DNA of 64,000 nucleotides from Spirochaetia bacterium (GCA_963675665.1 OY776510.1:2016001-2080000); one strand, 5' to 3'. Counted from the stretch's first letter, positions 36,868 to 46,931 are shown. A program made the numbers and translations. The notes: a model not told the origin generated them from the letters alone.

Positions 36868-39242
36868 ATTCCGCTCCCGTAGCTTGTTCTTGCTATAATT
36901 TCTTCCTGCAAATCGGTTGCCAGTTCGGTGAAATATGCTGTATAACCGGCAACTCTTACGGTAAGGCCCGCGTGTTTTTCAGGTTCCCGTCTGGCTTCTA
37001 TAAGATCCTCTTTTTTCAGGACATTGAACTGGATATGGTTAATTTTAAGATCTACAAATGTTCTGAGAAATGCGGAGAATTTTTTTATACCTTCAGTGGT
37101 ATTAAAGAAATCCGAGGTGAATTTCATATTTAAAAGGGTCCCGTTGCTGCCTATTTTTGAGTTAATCCTTGAAACTGATTTTAAAAGAGCAGTAGGCCCG
37201 GATGTGTCGCGTCCGTACATTGCCGACATTCCGCCGTCTGCAAGAGGGTCCTGTGCCTTGCGTCCGTCCGCCGACGCTCCTACATTGTGGCCCATGGGTA
37301 TATGCGCTGAAACAGTGTATAAGCCGGTATGATAGGGGCCGCCCCTCATGTTTGTGTATTCTTTCAGCTGGTTTGCAAAAAACTCAATCCACTGATTTCC
37401 AAGATTGTCTACCCATTCTACATCATTGCCGTATTTGGGAATTCTGTTGAGAACAAGCTGCCGTAAAGGCTCCATTCCCCTCCAGTTTGATTTCAGGGCG
37501 GTCAGAAGCGCATCGGCGGAGATTGTTTTATCTTCAAAAACCATTTTCTTTATTACCGCCAGGCTGTCGGCAAGATTTGCCACCTGAATAGCCTGTATTC
37601 CGGAATAATTATAGTATGCTCCGCCGGCGGTTACATCTATGCCTTTTTCAAGGCAGTTGTCTATTACGCCCGACAGGAATGCCGACGGCAGAACCTCCGC
37701 GTGAGTGGTTTCGACCACCTCGCAGCATTTTATCATTCTGTCAATATAGTGTTTCAGCTGCTTTGCAAAAGCTTCTTCAAGTTCGCTGTATGTTGCGTAA
37801 TCTTCCAGAGTCCCGGTTTTCAGTCCCATCTGTTTCCCGGTAAGAAGACAGACGCCGTCAGTCAGCGTAAGCTCAAGTGCTTTCTGAAGATTGAACATAG
37901 CAGCGTCGCTCCATCCCAGATTGTTTCCGTGGGTAGTCAGTTCGACGCATCCTACTATAGCATAGTTTCTTGCGTCCGGTTCGCTGATTCCGACATTTCT
38001 TAATGCGGGAACTACGCCTTCATCGTTGAAAATTTGCGGCATGCCGCTTCCCAGGCCGATAACGCGGCTGCATTCGTTCACAAATTCGTCGCTTGAACCG
38101 CTGTAAAGACGCGCGGACAGGTTCGGCTGGGGCATAAGGATGTGGCTCTGGGCTTTAAGAAAAAGGTATGACAATTCATTTGTGGCGTCCCGGCCGTCCG
38201 CAGTCTGTCCGCCGCAGGCAATGTTGAAGCCGATTGGAAAGCCCGCAAAGTATTTTGCACTGTGTGAATTCCGCAGATATACAACCTGGTTGAATTTCAG
38301 CCACAGCGCTTCAATAAGTTCCAGCGCATCCTGTTCATTTAATCGTCCGGCTTCAATATCGCGTTTATAATATGGATAAAGGTATTGATCCGCTCTTCCG
38401 GGTGAAAACGAGGATGCATTGGATTCCATTTGAAGTATCACATATAGAAACCACAGCGACTGAAGGGCTTCATGAAAACTTTCCGCCGGTTTTTCAGTAA
38501 GCTTCAGACAGATTCGGCTGACTTCCATAAGGCTGGCGCTGTTTTCCGAGTTTTCCGGCGCTTCGGCCATCTGTGCGGCTAAATCCGCATATCGTTTTAT
38601 GAAATTTATTGAAGCATCCTCTGCAATGATCACACATTCGTAAAAAAGTTTGCGGCTGTCGGAGGTTTCGGCAAGCTTTTTTTCTGCTTCCGCTTTCAGC
38701 CCGAACGGACCGGTTTTCAGCCATTTCTCGGTATCCGGACAGATGTGCCCCTGGGCATGATCTTTTTGGTTAATTTTGGCTACCTTTACAATATCGTTGA
38801 TTTCATCGCCCCGCTTTTCCCTGATTACATCTTCCAGACATTTTCCTTTCCAGAAGGGGTAGATTTCATTTCTGAAAGCGCTGATGTCCTCTTTTCTGAC
38901 GTTAAATCTGTCCTGGGGCCGTGTAGGAAGAGTTTCTATCTCTTCGTTTACCCATGAACTGCCTGCTTCGGGGAAAACGACCCCTCCGCGTACTCCCGGA
39001 GTCCTGTTTCCTACAATCAGTTCAGGCGGATCAATTCTGATGGTCATTTGATTGAGAGAGGCAGCCAGACTTTTAGCTCTCTGAAGAGCTTTGGGATCCT
39101 TGCTGTTTGCCCTGTAGCAGTCAGTAATAATCCTCGCCTGTTCCAGCGACATATATCTGGGCTCGTTGAGCATGTTCTTTTTCAGTTTCCGGATTTTTGC
39201 GCTGCAGAAAAGATTGTCGTACCTGTTCTTTAAATTCTCCAT
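36864..39242 (-). CDS. Glycyl radical enzyme, PflD-like
   Basis: RVAGYTA, GCVELTTHGNNLGWSDAAMFN, NQKDHAQGH, ESNASSFSPGR, YFAGFPIG, YTVSAH. Confidence 0.88.
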   Translation of the reverse strand: MENLKNRYDNLFCSAKIRKLKKNMLNEPRYMSLEQARIITDCYRANSKDPKALQRAKSLAASLNQMTIRIDPPELIVGNRTPGVRGGVVFPEAGSSWVNEEIETLPTRPQDRFNVRKEDISAFRNEIYPFWKGKCLEDVIREKRGDEINDIVKVAKINQKDHAQGHICPDTEKWLKTGPFGLKAEAEKKLAETSDSRKLFYECVIIAEDASINFIKRYADLAAQMAEAPENSENSASLMEVSRICLKLTEKPAESFHEALQSLWFLYVILQMESNASSFSPGRADQYLYPYYKRDIEAGRLNEQDALELIEALWLKFNQVVYLRNSHSAKYFAGFPIGFNIACGGQTADGRDATNELSYLFLKAQSHILMPQPNLSARLYSGSSDEFVNECSRVIGLGSGMPQIFNDEGVVPALRNVGISEPDARNYAIVGCVELTTHGNNLGWSDAAMFNLQKALELTLTDGVCLLTGKQMGLKTGTLEDYATYSELEEAFAKQLKHYIDRMIKCCEVVETTHAEVLPSAFLSGVIDNCLEKGIDVTAGGAYYNYSGIQAIQVANLADSLAVIKKMVFEDKTISADALLTALKSNWRGMEPLRQLVLNRIPKYGNDVEWVDNLGNQWIEFFANQLKEYTNMRGGPYHTGLYTVSAHIPMGHNVGASADGRKAQDPLADGGMSAMYGRDTSGPTALLKSVSRINSKIGSNGTLLNMKFTSDFFNTTEGIKKFSAFLRTFVDLKINHIQFNVLKKEDLIEARREPEKHAGLTVRVAGYTAYFTELATDLQEEIIARTSYGSGM

Positions 39243-39310
39243 TGTAAACACCCCTGTCATCGTTTTATCGGTTGAAAGTATATTATTATGTCTGTTCGAG
39301 AGTGTATAAT

Positions 39311-39347
39311 ATCACATATGACAAAAAAAAGCTATCATATGAAAGTA
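39311..39347. promoter_or_regulatory. Tandem DeoR/YciT-type operator upstream of PflD-like operon
   Basis: ATCACATATGA..CTATCATATGAAAGT with boxes 21 bp apart; near-identical unit at 39658-39694. Confidence 0.7.
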
Positions 39348-39455
39348 ATAAAAATGAGATCTATCAAAGTCGTATATAATCCTGAAGATGGGTATGTGAA
39401 TTATCAGCCCGGGAGTCACCGGAATATACTTTCTGACAATAAATCGCTTTTTGCC

Positions 39456-39483
39456 TTGACATATCGCCGGTATATGATATCAT
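39456..39483 (+). promoter_or_regulatory. Candidate upstream sigma70 promoter
   Basis: TTGACA-16 nt-TATCAT with TGn extension. Confidence 0.5.
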
Positions 39484-39488
39484 TTCTA

Positions 39489-39564
39489 TGTGTGCGGTCA
39501 CATTCTATGTCCGGCAGAGTAAGCAGGATGAATTTATTTGTAGAAGAATATGTGCGCGGTCACA
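39489..39564. promoter_or_regulatory. Pair of lacO-like 14-bp sites TGTGyGCGGTCACA, 62 bp apart
   Basis: 39489-39502 and 39551-39564; each matches the symmetric lac operator core TGTGAGCGCTCACA at 12/14. Confidence 0.55.
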
Positions 39565-39628
39565 ACACGATCTTGTATATAATGCGAACGGGTTACCGAA
39601 TGGAGCACGGAAGAAAGTAAAATTAAAT

Positions 39629-39694
39629 TTGACAATAGCTATATGATGGTGTATTGTATCACATACGATAGTTTTTTACTATCATACGAAAGTC
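39629..39694 (+). promoter_or_regulatory. sigma70 promoter followed by tandem DeoR/YciT-type operator
   Basis: TTGACA-17 nt-TATTGT, then ATCACATACGA..CTATCATACGAAAGT. Confidence 0.7.
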
Positions 39695-39709
39695 TTTTCG
39701 GGGAAATAT

Positions 39710-40192
39710 ATGATAATGAGCAGTGTTTTGAAAATCAGAGAGAATGAGCATGCGGAACTGCAGTTTAATTCATTTTCAAATGCCAAAGCCTATGAAATAG
39801 GATTAAGGCTGGTAGAGGTGGCCGGGCTTAACGGGTATCAGGTGACAATAGATATCTGTAAGCATGGACAGCAGATTTTTCATTATGCATGTGAAGGAAC
39901 TTCACGTGATAACGATCAATGGATTATCAGGAAAAACAAGGTTGTTGATTATTTTGGAAAGAGTTCAATTTATATAAAAGAAATGGTAAAAGAATCCGGG
40001 GTAACACTTGAAGAGCTCTTTTTTATAGACGGTATGAAATTTTCAGCATTCGGCGGAGCTTTTCCAATAATCATCAGGGATACCGGTGCTATCGGAACCG
40101 TTACTGTCAGCGGCCTGCCGGATGAGCAGGATCATGAACTTGTAGTGTCTGTCCTCAGGGAATTTGTTCTGCTGGAGACAGAAGAAAAATAG
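39710..40192 (+). CDS. UPF0303 / GlcG-HbpS heme-binding-domain protein
   Basis: DNDQWIIRKNKVV, FGGAFPI, TVSGLPDEQDH. Confidence 0.8.
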   Translation: MIMSSVLKIRENEHAELQFNSFSNAKAYEIGLRLVEVAGLNGYQVTIDICKHGQQIFHYACEGTSRDNDQWIIRKNKVVDYFGKSSIYIKEMVKESGVTLEELFFIDGMKFSAFGGAFPIIIRDTGAIGTVTVSGLPDEQDHELVVSVLREFVLLETEEK

Positions 40193-40300
40193 ATTTTAAA
40201 ATCAAGGAGGTTGAATTATACTGTATTTAAAAGGGCTAAGTAAGTTGAGGTTTTTCAATATTAAAATTTTAAAATTGACAGTTTTGTAATGGAGGAAACA

Positions 40301-41260
40301 ATGAAAAAAAGACTGATTGCACTCGTATGTGTAATGTTATTGATCGGAACCATGGCTTTCGCCGGTGGTCAGCAGGAAGCCGCGGCCGGAGGAATGGCCA
40401 AGGTTGCATTTATTCCGGGAGAAATAGCTAACCCGTCACAGGCCTTTGCCGCAAAGATGTTTGAAAAGCATGCCGCTGAATACAATTTTGATGTAACAAT
40501 TCTTGACGGTAAGGGTGATGCGCAGGTCGAGACACAGTTAATAAATAATGCAGTAGCCCAGAAATTTGCTGCAATCTTTGTTAACCCGAACGATATCAAT
40601 GCCGTAATACCGGCCCTGATGAAAGCCAAGAAAGCCGGCGTTATTGTTGGAATGTTCTCTTCAGACGTTCCCCCGGAGAGCAGGGCTGCTGCCCGTGACT
40701 TCTTCGTAGGTGTTAATGATTTGATGGCCGGAGAAGCTGCAGGTCAGGCTTTCCTGAACAAGTTCCCCAACGGCGCCAAGGTTGTTGAGATAGGCGGACA
40801 GTCCGGACACGATGCCCAGATAAAGAGGCACGACGGTTTTAACAAGCAAATTGCCGGTTCCAAAATTGACGTAATAGACTATAAAGCCTGTCAGCAGTGG
40901 GATACAAACCAGGCCATGATGATAATGGAAGACATGATCGTTAAACACGGTGATACAATTGAAGGTATCTTCTGTCACTGGGACGGCGGAGCCACAGGTA
41001 TCCTTAATGCACTGGAAGCTGCAGGAATGGAAGGCAAGTTTATCGTCGGTGTAGACGGAAACAGGGCCGGGTTCGACCAGGTACGCAGCGGAAAGCAGAG
41101 TGTTACAATTATGCAGAACTTTGAAAATATGGCAATGATTGAAATGCAGACTGCAAGAACAATCCTGGACGGCGGAAAACCTGCAAATGATACAAACTTT
41201 ATCCCGCTGGATATCGTAGATCTTTCTAATATTGATACTTTCACTCCTCCTGAGTGGTAG
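40301..41260 (+). CDS. Sugar ABC substrate-binding protein
   Basis: Signal peptide ending AFAGGQQE and Peripla_BP_4 pattern. Confidence 0.9.
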   Translation: MKKRLIALVCVMLLIGTMAFAGGQQEAAAGGMAKVAFIPGEIANPSQAFAAKMFEKHAAEYNFDVTILDGKGDAQVETQLINNAVAQKFAAIFVNPNDINAVIPALMKAKKAGVIVGMFSSDVPPESRAAARDFFVGVNDLMAGEAAGQAFLNKFPNGAKVVEIGGQSGHDAQIKRHDGFNKQIAGSKIDVIDYKACQQWDTNQAMMIMEDMIVKHGDTIEGIFCHWDGGATGILNALEAAGMEGKFIVGVDGNRAGFDQVRSGKQSVTIMQNFENMAMIEMQTARTILDGGKPANDTNFIPLDIVDLSNIDTFTPPEW

Positions 41261-41288
41261 AATTGATTTTTTAAATCGAAATTATAAA

Positions 41289-41323
41289 AGCTCGTTTATA
41301 CATAACCATGTTTAAACGAGCTT
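41289..41323 (+). terminator. Intra-operon stem-loop
   Basis: AAGCTCGTTTA...TAAACGAGCTT. Confidence 0.55.
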
Positions 41324-41375
41324 GTTGCACATTTATTTAAAAAACAGAAGTATACAAAGAAAGAGGTTATTGGAA

Positions 41376-42884
41376 ATGAATGATAAGATGCCGGAATACA
41401 TTCTTTCAGTTGATAAAATAAATAAGTCTTTTCCCGGAGTTAAAGCTCTGGATGAGGTGTCAATCAATGTTCGACGCGGAACCGTCCACGGAATCGTCGG
41501 AGAGAACGGCGCCGGTAAATCCACACTGATGAAAATACTATCCGGGGTACATTTAAAGGATTCCGGGACCATTACTTTTGACGGTGAAGATATAAAAAGC
41601 ACGACCCCTCATAAATCCATGGCAATGGGCTTGAGTATTATTTATCAGGAGCTGAATATTGTAAACACCATGACTGTGGGTGAGAATATTTTTCTCGGCC
41701 GTTTTAGAGAGCTGAAGGGAATGAGGGGAACCCATGCCAAGGCAAGAGAATTGCTTGACAGTATTGGGTCTACCATTGATACAAACACCCTGGTCGGTGA
41801 TTTGAGCGTTTCGGAAAAGCAGATGGTTGAAATTGCGAAAGCTCTGTCATTTGATTCCAAGCTTATTATTATGGATGAACCGAGCAGCAGTTTGACAGAT
41901 GATGAAATGAAACATCTGGCTAAAATAATTCAGCAGCTTAAAGAGCGCGGTATATCAATTATTTATATAAGTCATAAACTGGATGAAATATTTAATTTCT
42001 GTGACATTGTTACGGTCATGCGCGACGGTAAAGTAATAGATACAAAGCCTATTAAAGAAATCACACGAAGTGAAATGATTGCCAAGATGGTAGGCCGTTC
42101 AATTGAAAATGAATTCCCCGAGCGTCCCAGAAACGTGGGTGATACGCTGATGGAAGTGCGCTCAATAAATACAAAGAAGCTGAAAAATGTTTCGTTTAAG
42201 CTTAAGAAGGGAGAAATCCTTGGATTCGTGGGCCTCGTAGGTGCGGGAAGAACCGAGATAGTCAGGGCCATATTCGGCGCCGACAAGACCTACGGTCATG
42301 AGATTCTCATTGAAGGGAAACCGGTAAAGATTAAAGAGCCGATGGATGCAAAGGCAGTCGGGATTTCGTTTGTGCCTGAAGACCGGAAACTGCAGGGCCT
42401 GATTCTTCCGTTCAGTGTTGAATCGAATATATCCATGGCCAGCCTGGACAGGATGACTACGAAAATGGGTTTTCTTAAAAAGGGAAATGAAAGGGAAATA
42501 GCCGAAAGGCAGATAAAGGCTCTGGATATTAAAACACCTTCCGCAAAAACAAGGGCTGAAAGCCTGTCGGGCGGAAACCAGCAGAAATGCATTGTAGGCC
42601 GATGGATGGAACTTGAGCCGCGTATCCTGGTTATGGATGAGCCCACAAGAGGTATTGATGTCGGGGCAAAGTATGAAATTTATTTATTAATGAAGAAGAT
42701 TGTTAACAAGGGCGGTTCTGTAATTCTTATTTCTTCAGAGCTTCCCGAAGTTCTCAATATGAGCAACCGGGTGCTTACCATCTGTGATGGAAGAATTACG
42801 GGCGAGTTTGATCCCGAGAAAGCTTCCACCCATGAAATTATGGAAAAAGCATTTGAGTTTATTGATAAAGGAACAGAATCATGA
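41376..42884 (+). CDS. Sugar ABC ATP-binding protein
   Basis: GENGAGKST, LSGGNQQK, DEPTRGIDVGAK. Confidence 0.95.
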   Translation: MNDKMPEYILSVDKINKSFPGVKALDEVSINVRRGTVHGIVGENGAGKSTLMKILSGVHLKDSGTITFDGEDIKSTTPHKSMAMGLSIIYQELNIVNTMTVGENIFLGRFRELKGMRGTHAKARELLDSIGSTIDTNTLVGDLSVSEKQMVEIAKALSFDSKLIIMDEPSSSLTDDEMKHLAKIIQQLKERGISIIYISHKLDEIFNFCDIVTVMRDGKVIDTKPIKEITRSEMIAKMVGRSIENEFPERPRNVGDTLMEVRSINTKKLKNVSFKLKKGEILGFVGLVGAGRTEIVRAIFGADKTYGHEILIEGKPVKIKEPMDAKAVGISFVPEDRKLQGLILPFSVESNISMASLDRMTTKMGFLKKGNEREIAERQIKALDIKTPSAKTRAESLSGGNQQKCIVGRWMELEPRILVMDEPTRGIDVGAKYEIYLLMKKIVNKGGSVILISSELPEVLNMSNRVLTICDGRITGEFDPEKASTHEIMEKAFEFIDKGTES

Positions 42885-43888
42885 GCGAACAAAAAATGTC
42901 AGGGAAAACAATTACAATGGATAGCGCAAAGATTAGAGGAGCCGTTGCAGAGTTTTCAAAGGAATATATGGTACTGTTCGCTATTGCCATTCTTTCGATT
43001 GTAACAATAATTGTTGAACCGAAATTTGCAACCATAGCAAATATGACCAATATCATGCGTCAGTTCGGACCTCTGATTATGGTCTGTCTGGGTATGACCT
43101 TCGTTATCATTGGAGGGTTTATCGACCTGTCTGTTTCAGGCACTATCCCGCTGGTTGTTGTTATAACCCATTCTTTAATTGAACCCCTGGGAATGGTTCC
43201 CGCATTGATAATCGGACTTATAGCCGGAGCGGTATGCGGTTTTATAAACAGTGTACTTATTCTTGTCAGCGGTGCTATAACCCAGGCTGAGGCATTGTTT
43301 ATTACCTACGGTACGATGGTAGTATTCGGAGGGCTGGCAATGCTGTATACCGGAGGGGTAACCCACTATCTGACTTACATGGAAGCGGATTATTCATTGT
43401 TTACGGTAATCGGATCCGGCACAGTTGGAATGTTTTCAGTATCGTTTCTTATTTTTCTTTTTGTCTTTGCAATTCTTTATATTTTTCAAAATAAAACTTA
43501 TCTGGGTCGTACTATCAACCTGATCGGCGGAAATAAAACTGCGGCCAGGCTTGCCGGAATTCCTATAAAGAAAGGCATAATCGCGATGTTCACCATAAAC
43601 GGTTTTATGGCCGGATTAAGCGGAATTATTCTTTTTTCAAGAGTCACGCAGGCTTCTCCGACGTTGGGAAAGGGGTATGAAACCCAGGCTATCCTGGCTG
43701 TTGTAGTTGGAGGAACCTCCCTGCTTGGAGGAAAAGGAAGCGTAATCCGTACCGTTATCGGTACCTTGCTTGTAATCCTTTTAGGCAATTGTTTGAACCT
43801 GCTGGGAGTTGATGTTTATATGCAGTATGTCATGAGAGGACTTGTATTGGTTGCAGCTATCTGGCTTGATACCAAAAGGCAGCACTAG
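42881..43888 (+). CDS. Sugar ABC permease
   Basis: GFIDLSV, GGNKTAARLAGI, AVVVGGTSL. Confidence 0.92.
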   Translation: MSEQKMSGKTITMDSAKIRGAVAEFSKEYMVLFAIAILSIVTIIVEPKFATIANMTNIMRQFGPLIMVCLGMTFVIIGGFIDLSVSGTIPLVVVITHSLIEPLGMVPALIIGLIAGAVCGFINSVLILVSGAITQAEALFITYGTMVVFGGLAMLYTGGVTHYLTYMEADYSLFTVIGSGTVGMFSVSFLIFLFVFAILYIFQNKTYLGRTINLIGGNKTAARLAGIPIKKGIIAMFTINGFMAGLSGIILFSRVTQASPTLGKGYETQAILAVVVGGTSLLGGKGSVIRTVIGTLLVILLGNCLNLLGVDVYMQYVMRGLVLVAAIWLDTKRQH

Positions 43889-43900
43889 GAGGAGACTGTA

Positions 43901-44869
43901 ATGAGAAATTTTTCTAAAGGTAAGATAATTATAAAAAACCTGACAAGGCAGAAGGCTGTCATGGCTATTCTGGCTATGTTTGTTCTTATGATGTTTTTTC
44001 CTACTTATTTTTTCACAAGTTATAATTTGCTTGATGTGCTGAATTCAGCATCCATATACATAGTTTTAGCTTTTGGAATTACACTGGTAATTATCGGGGA
44101 AGGCATAGATCTTTCCATAGGCGGCACATTGTGCCTCGGCGGAATTGTCGCTATCATGGCCATGAACGCAGGAATGCCTATCTGGCTTTCAATAATCTGT
44201 GCAGTGCTTGTAGGCGCTTTGATCGGGGCCGTAAACGGTTTTCTGGTGGTTTATCAGAAATGTGCACCCTTCATCATTACGCTCGGAATGGGTATGGTTC
44301 TGACCGGTGTTGCTCAGCAGCTGACTGATGCACACCCTATAACCCCGGATAATTACGAATTTATGATGATAGGTAACGGAACACTCTTTGGAGTTATTCC
44401 AAATTCGATAGTTATCATGCTGGTTGTTTTTGTTATTACGCATATTCTTCTCAGGTATACCGAGTTCGGAAGGAATATTTATGCCATAGGCGGAGATTAT
44501 GAGGTTGCCGAGTACTCAGGTATCAGTGTACGGAAAATACAGGCCGCAACCTATGTAATCTGCGGGGCTGCAGCAGCCTTTTCCGGTGTATTGCTGTCTT
44601 CAACACTGAATACCGGACACTCAATATACGGCGACAGAATACCGCTTGTCGTTATCAGTGCTGTTGTAGTCGGAGGTACTTCACTTGCCGGCGGTGTCGG
44701 AAGTGCACCGCTTGCCATGGTAGGATATCTTGTTTTCGGTGTTATGGAAAACTCAATGAACATGCTGCGGATAAGCCCTTATATCCAGGAAGTTATCAGG
44801 GGCATAGTAGTTGTAACCATCCTCTGCCTCGACAGTTACAGCAGAAAAAGAAAGAGGGAAGCTGTTTAA
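43901..44869 (+). CDS. Sugar ABC permease (second subunit)
   Basis: GIDLSIG, GGDYEVAEYSGI, AVVVGGTSL. Confidence 0.92.
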   Translation: MRNFSKGKIIIKNLTRQKAVMAILAMFVLMMFFPTYFFTSYNLLDVLNSASIYIVLAFGITLVIIGEGIDLSIGGTLCLGGIVAIMAMNAGMPIWLSIICAVLVGALIGAVNGFLVVYQKCAPFIITLGMGMVLTGVAQQLTDAHPITPDNYEFMMIGNGTLFGVIPNSIVIMLVVFVITHILLRYTEFGRNIYAIGGDYEVAEYSGISVRKIQAATYVICGAAAAFSGVLLSSTLNTGHSIYGDRIPLVVISAVVVGGTSLAGGVGSAPLAMVGYLVFGVMENSMNMLRISPYIQEVIRGIVVVTILCLDSYSRKRKREAV

Positions 44870-45165
44870 TGGTCAGGCATGTAGTAATGTTCTCTTTTAA
44901 AAAGGACGCTGAAGATGCGGAAATCAAGGAGGTTGATGCTTTATTTAAAGAGTTGCCTTCGGTTATTTCTGAGATTCAGAGTTTTGAATCGGGTGTGAAT
45001 ATCAGCCCCGAGAATCTTGATAAAGGTTTCACACATATATATTTATTGTCTTTTGCAGATGAGAAAGCTCGGGATATTTATCTGTATCATAAGACGCATC
45101 AGGCTTTTTCTGCAAAGGCAGGCAAGATATTTGATGATGTTATGGTAATGGATTATTTGGTATAA
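44869..45165 (+). CDS. Dabb (stress-responsive alpha/beta barrel) protein
   Basis: VRHVVMFSFK, GFTH, YLYHKTHQ, DY C-terminus. Confidence 0.85.
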   Translation: MVRHVVMFSFKKDAEDAEIKEVDALFKELPSVISEIQSFESGVNISPENLDKGFTHIYLLSFADEKARDIYLYHKTHQAFSAKAGKIFDDVMVMDYLV

Positions 45166-45196
45166 TGTGTACGACTTTACAATTCGGGATTGATAA

Positions 45197-46156
45197 ATGA
45201 AAAAATATCTGTGCGGAGTTGATCTCGGCGGGACAAAACTCGCCGCAGGTCTTTTTCTGGACGACGGTACATTAATAGACAGGAGAACCGTTTTTGATCA
45301 TAAATGTCAGAGCTGCGACGGGATTGCCGAGAGTATTATTAATCTTGTGCGAGAACTTCTGAATGCAAATGATGTTGAAGATGAGTATCTGTATGGGATA
45401 GGAATAGGCGTTGCAGGGCATATTAATTCCAGAAAGGGATTGATAATTACATCAAGTAATTTCAAGGCCTGCTTTGATAATTATCCATTGAGAGAAAAGA
45501 TAGCAAGAAAGTTCAGCACAAGAGTCATTGTCGATAATGATGCCAACGCACAGGCTTACGGAGAATTTAAATTCGGCGCAGGTAAAAACTTTTCGGATAT
45601 TATTTTTATAACTGTAAGCACCGGTGTCGGTTGCGGAATTATAATTAACAAGCAGCTGGTCCGGGGAATGTCCGGAACCGCCGGCGAAATAGGGCATACC
45701 ATTGTTGACCCTCATTCCGATATACAGTGTTCATGTGGAAATTACGGATGCATAATGTCGATGTCCAGCGGCCAATACCTGCCCTCACTGTATCGGAAAT
45801 ACCTGAAACAGGGAATGGAATCCAGGCTTGGCCTTGATATTGATTCGGTTGATTCGCTTGACGGGTTGATGCTCAGGAATGGAATAAATCAGGGTGATGA
45901 AATCTGTATCAATGTTCTTCGGGATTCGGCTAATGCTATAGGAACCGGATTATATAATCTTTTTCAGGTTTTGAACCCGGAGATTTTTATTATCGGAGGC
46001 GGTCTGGTAAATATCGGGGAACAGTATATAGACCTGATTGAACAGAAGTATCTGTCATTGGTTAAGAAAATGATGTATGATAAAATTGAAATCAGGCCAT
46101 CATCTCTCGGTAAGGATGCCGGCTTGCTGGGCGCTGCTGCTTTAACACTGGAATAA
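45197..46156 (+). CDS. ROK-family sugar kinase
   Basis: GVDLGGTK, DNDANA, STGVGCG, GEIGH, CSCGNYGC. Confidence 0.92.
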   Translation: MKKYLCGVDLGGTKLAAGLFLDDGTLIDRRTVFDHKCQSCDGIAESIINLVRELLNANDVEDEYLYGIGIGVAGHINSRKGLIITSSNFKACFDNYPLREKIARKFSTRVIVDNDANAQAYGEFKFGAGKNFSDIIFITVSTGVGCGIIINKQLVRGMSGTAGEIGHTIVDPHSDIQCSCGNYGCIMSMSSGQYLPSLYRKYLKQGMESRLGLDIDSVDSLDGLMLRNGINQGDEICINVLRDSANAIGTGLYNLFQVLNPEIFIIGGGLVNIGEQYIDLIEQKYLSLVKKMMYDKIEIRPSSLGKDAGLLGAAALTLE

Positions 46157-46158
46157 AT

Positions 46159-46911
46159 ATGAATAAGAGACACAGACAAATATTAAGCATAATGTCGAAC
46201 GGGAAAAAAGTAGCTGTAAACAGGCTTTCCGAAAAGCTTGACGTATCACAGGCGACAATTCGACAGGATTTAACATTTCTTGAAGAGCAGGGCTTTCTGA
46301 AACGGGTGCATGGCGGCGCTGTGCTTGATGAAACAGATGACATCTCACACCGAATGGGAATTAACTATGAGCGGAAGCTTATGATCGCCAGAACAGCAGT
46401 AGGATTTGTGAAGGAAGGCGAAACAATTTATATTGAGTCCGGCTCGATAAACTCCCTTTTTGCACAGGAAATAATTAAAGAACGAAAAACTACTTCCATA
46501 ATAACGTCAAATGCGTTTATAGCCAGACAAATAGGGAAGAGCGCAGAAGGAAGGGTTATTCTGCTTGGGGGCATATACCAGCCGGAGAGCGAATGCCTGG
46601 TGGGCAACCTTGTAAAAGAATGTTTAAGTCATCTAAATTTCAGCAAGGCTTTCATAGGTGTTGACGGTTTTTCAAAAGAAACAGGCTTTACCGGTAGAGA
46701 TATGATGCGTGCGGATATAAACTCTGAAATTATCAGAAGAAGTCCCCAGTCTTTTGTTATGACAGACTCTTCCAAGTTCGGAAAAATTGCAATGTCAAAA
46801 TATTTTGACGCAAAGGATATCGATTATCTGATAACAGATAAAGATATTCCGGAAGAATATATAACATTCTTTAAAAATGAGAATGTTGAAGTTATCATTC
46901 CCGAAGGTTAA
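46159..46911 (+). CDS. DeoR-family regulator (YciT-like)
   Basis: VSQATIRQDL, FSKAFIGVDG, TGFTGRDMMRAD, TDSSKFG. Confidence 0.9.
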   Translation: MNKRHRQILSIMSNGKKVAVNRLSEKLDVSQATIRQDLTFLEEQGFLKRVHGGAVLDETDDISHRMGINYERKLMIARTAVGFVKEGETIYIESGSINSLFAQEIIKERKTTSIITSNAFIARQIGKSAEGRVILLGGIYQPESECLVGNLVKECLSHLNFSKAFIGVDGFSKETGFTGRDMMRADINSEIIRRSPQSFVMTDSSKFGKIAMSKYFDAKDIDYLITDKDIPEEYITFFKNENVEVIIPEG

Positions 46912-46931
46912 TTAAAGAATATTTTCAGTAT

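Noticed and set aside
27348-39242. Calling the GREs pyruvate formate-lyase or choline TMA-lyase
   Set aside because: They have single-Cys GCIE/GCVE loops rather than the PFL Cys-Cys pair, there are no microcompartment genes, and flanking motifs fit the YbiW and PflD clades.
39288-39620. 110-aa ORF in the divergent intergenic region
   Set aside because: No RBS or motifs; it overlaps operators and promoters.
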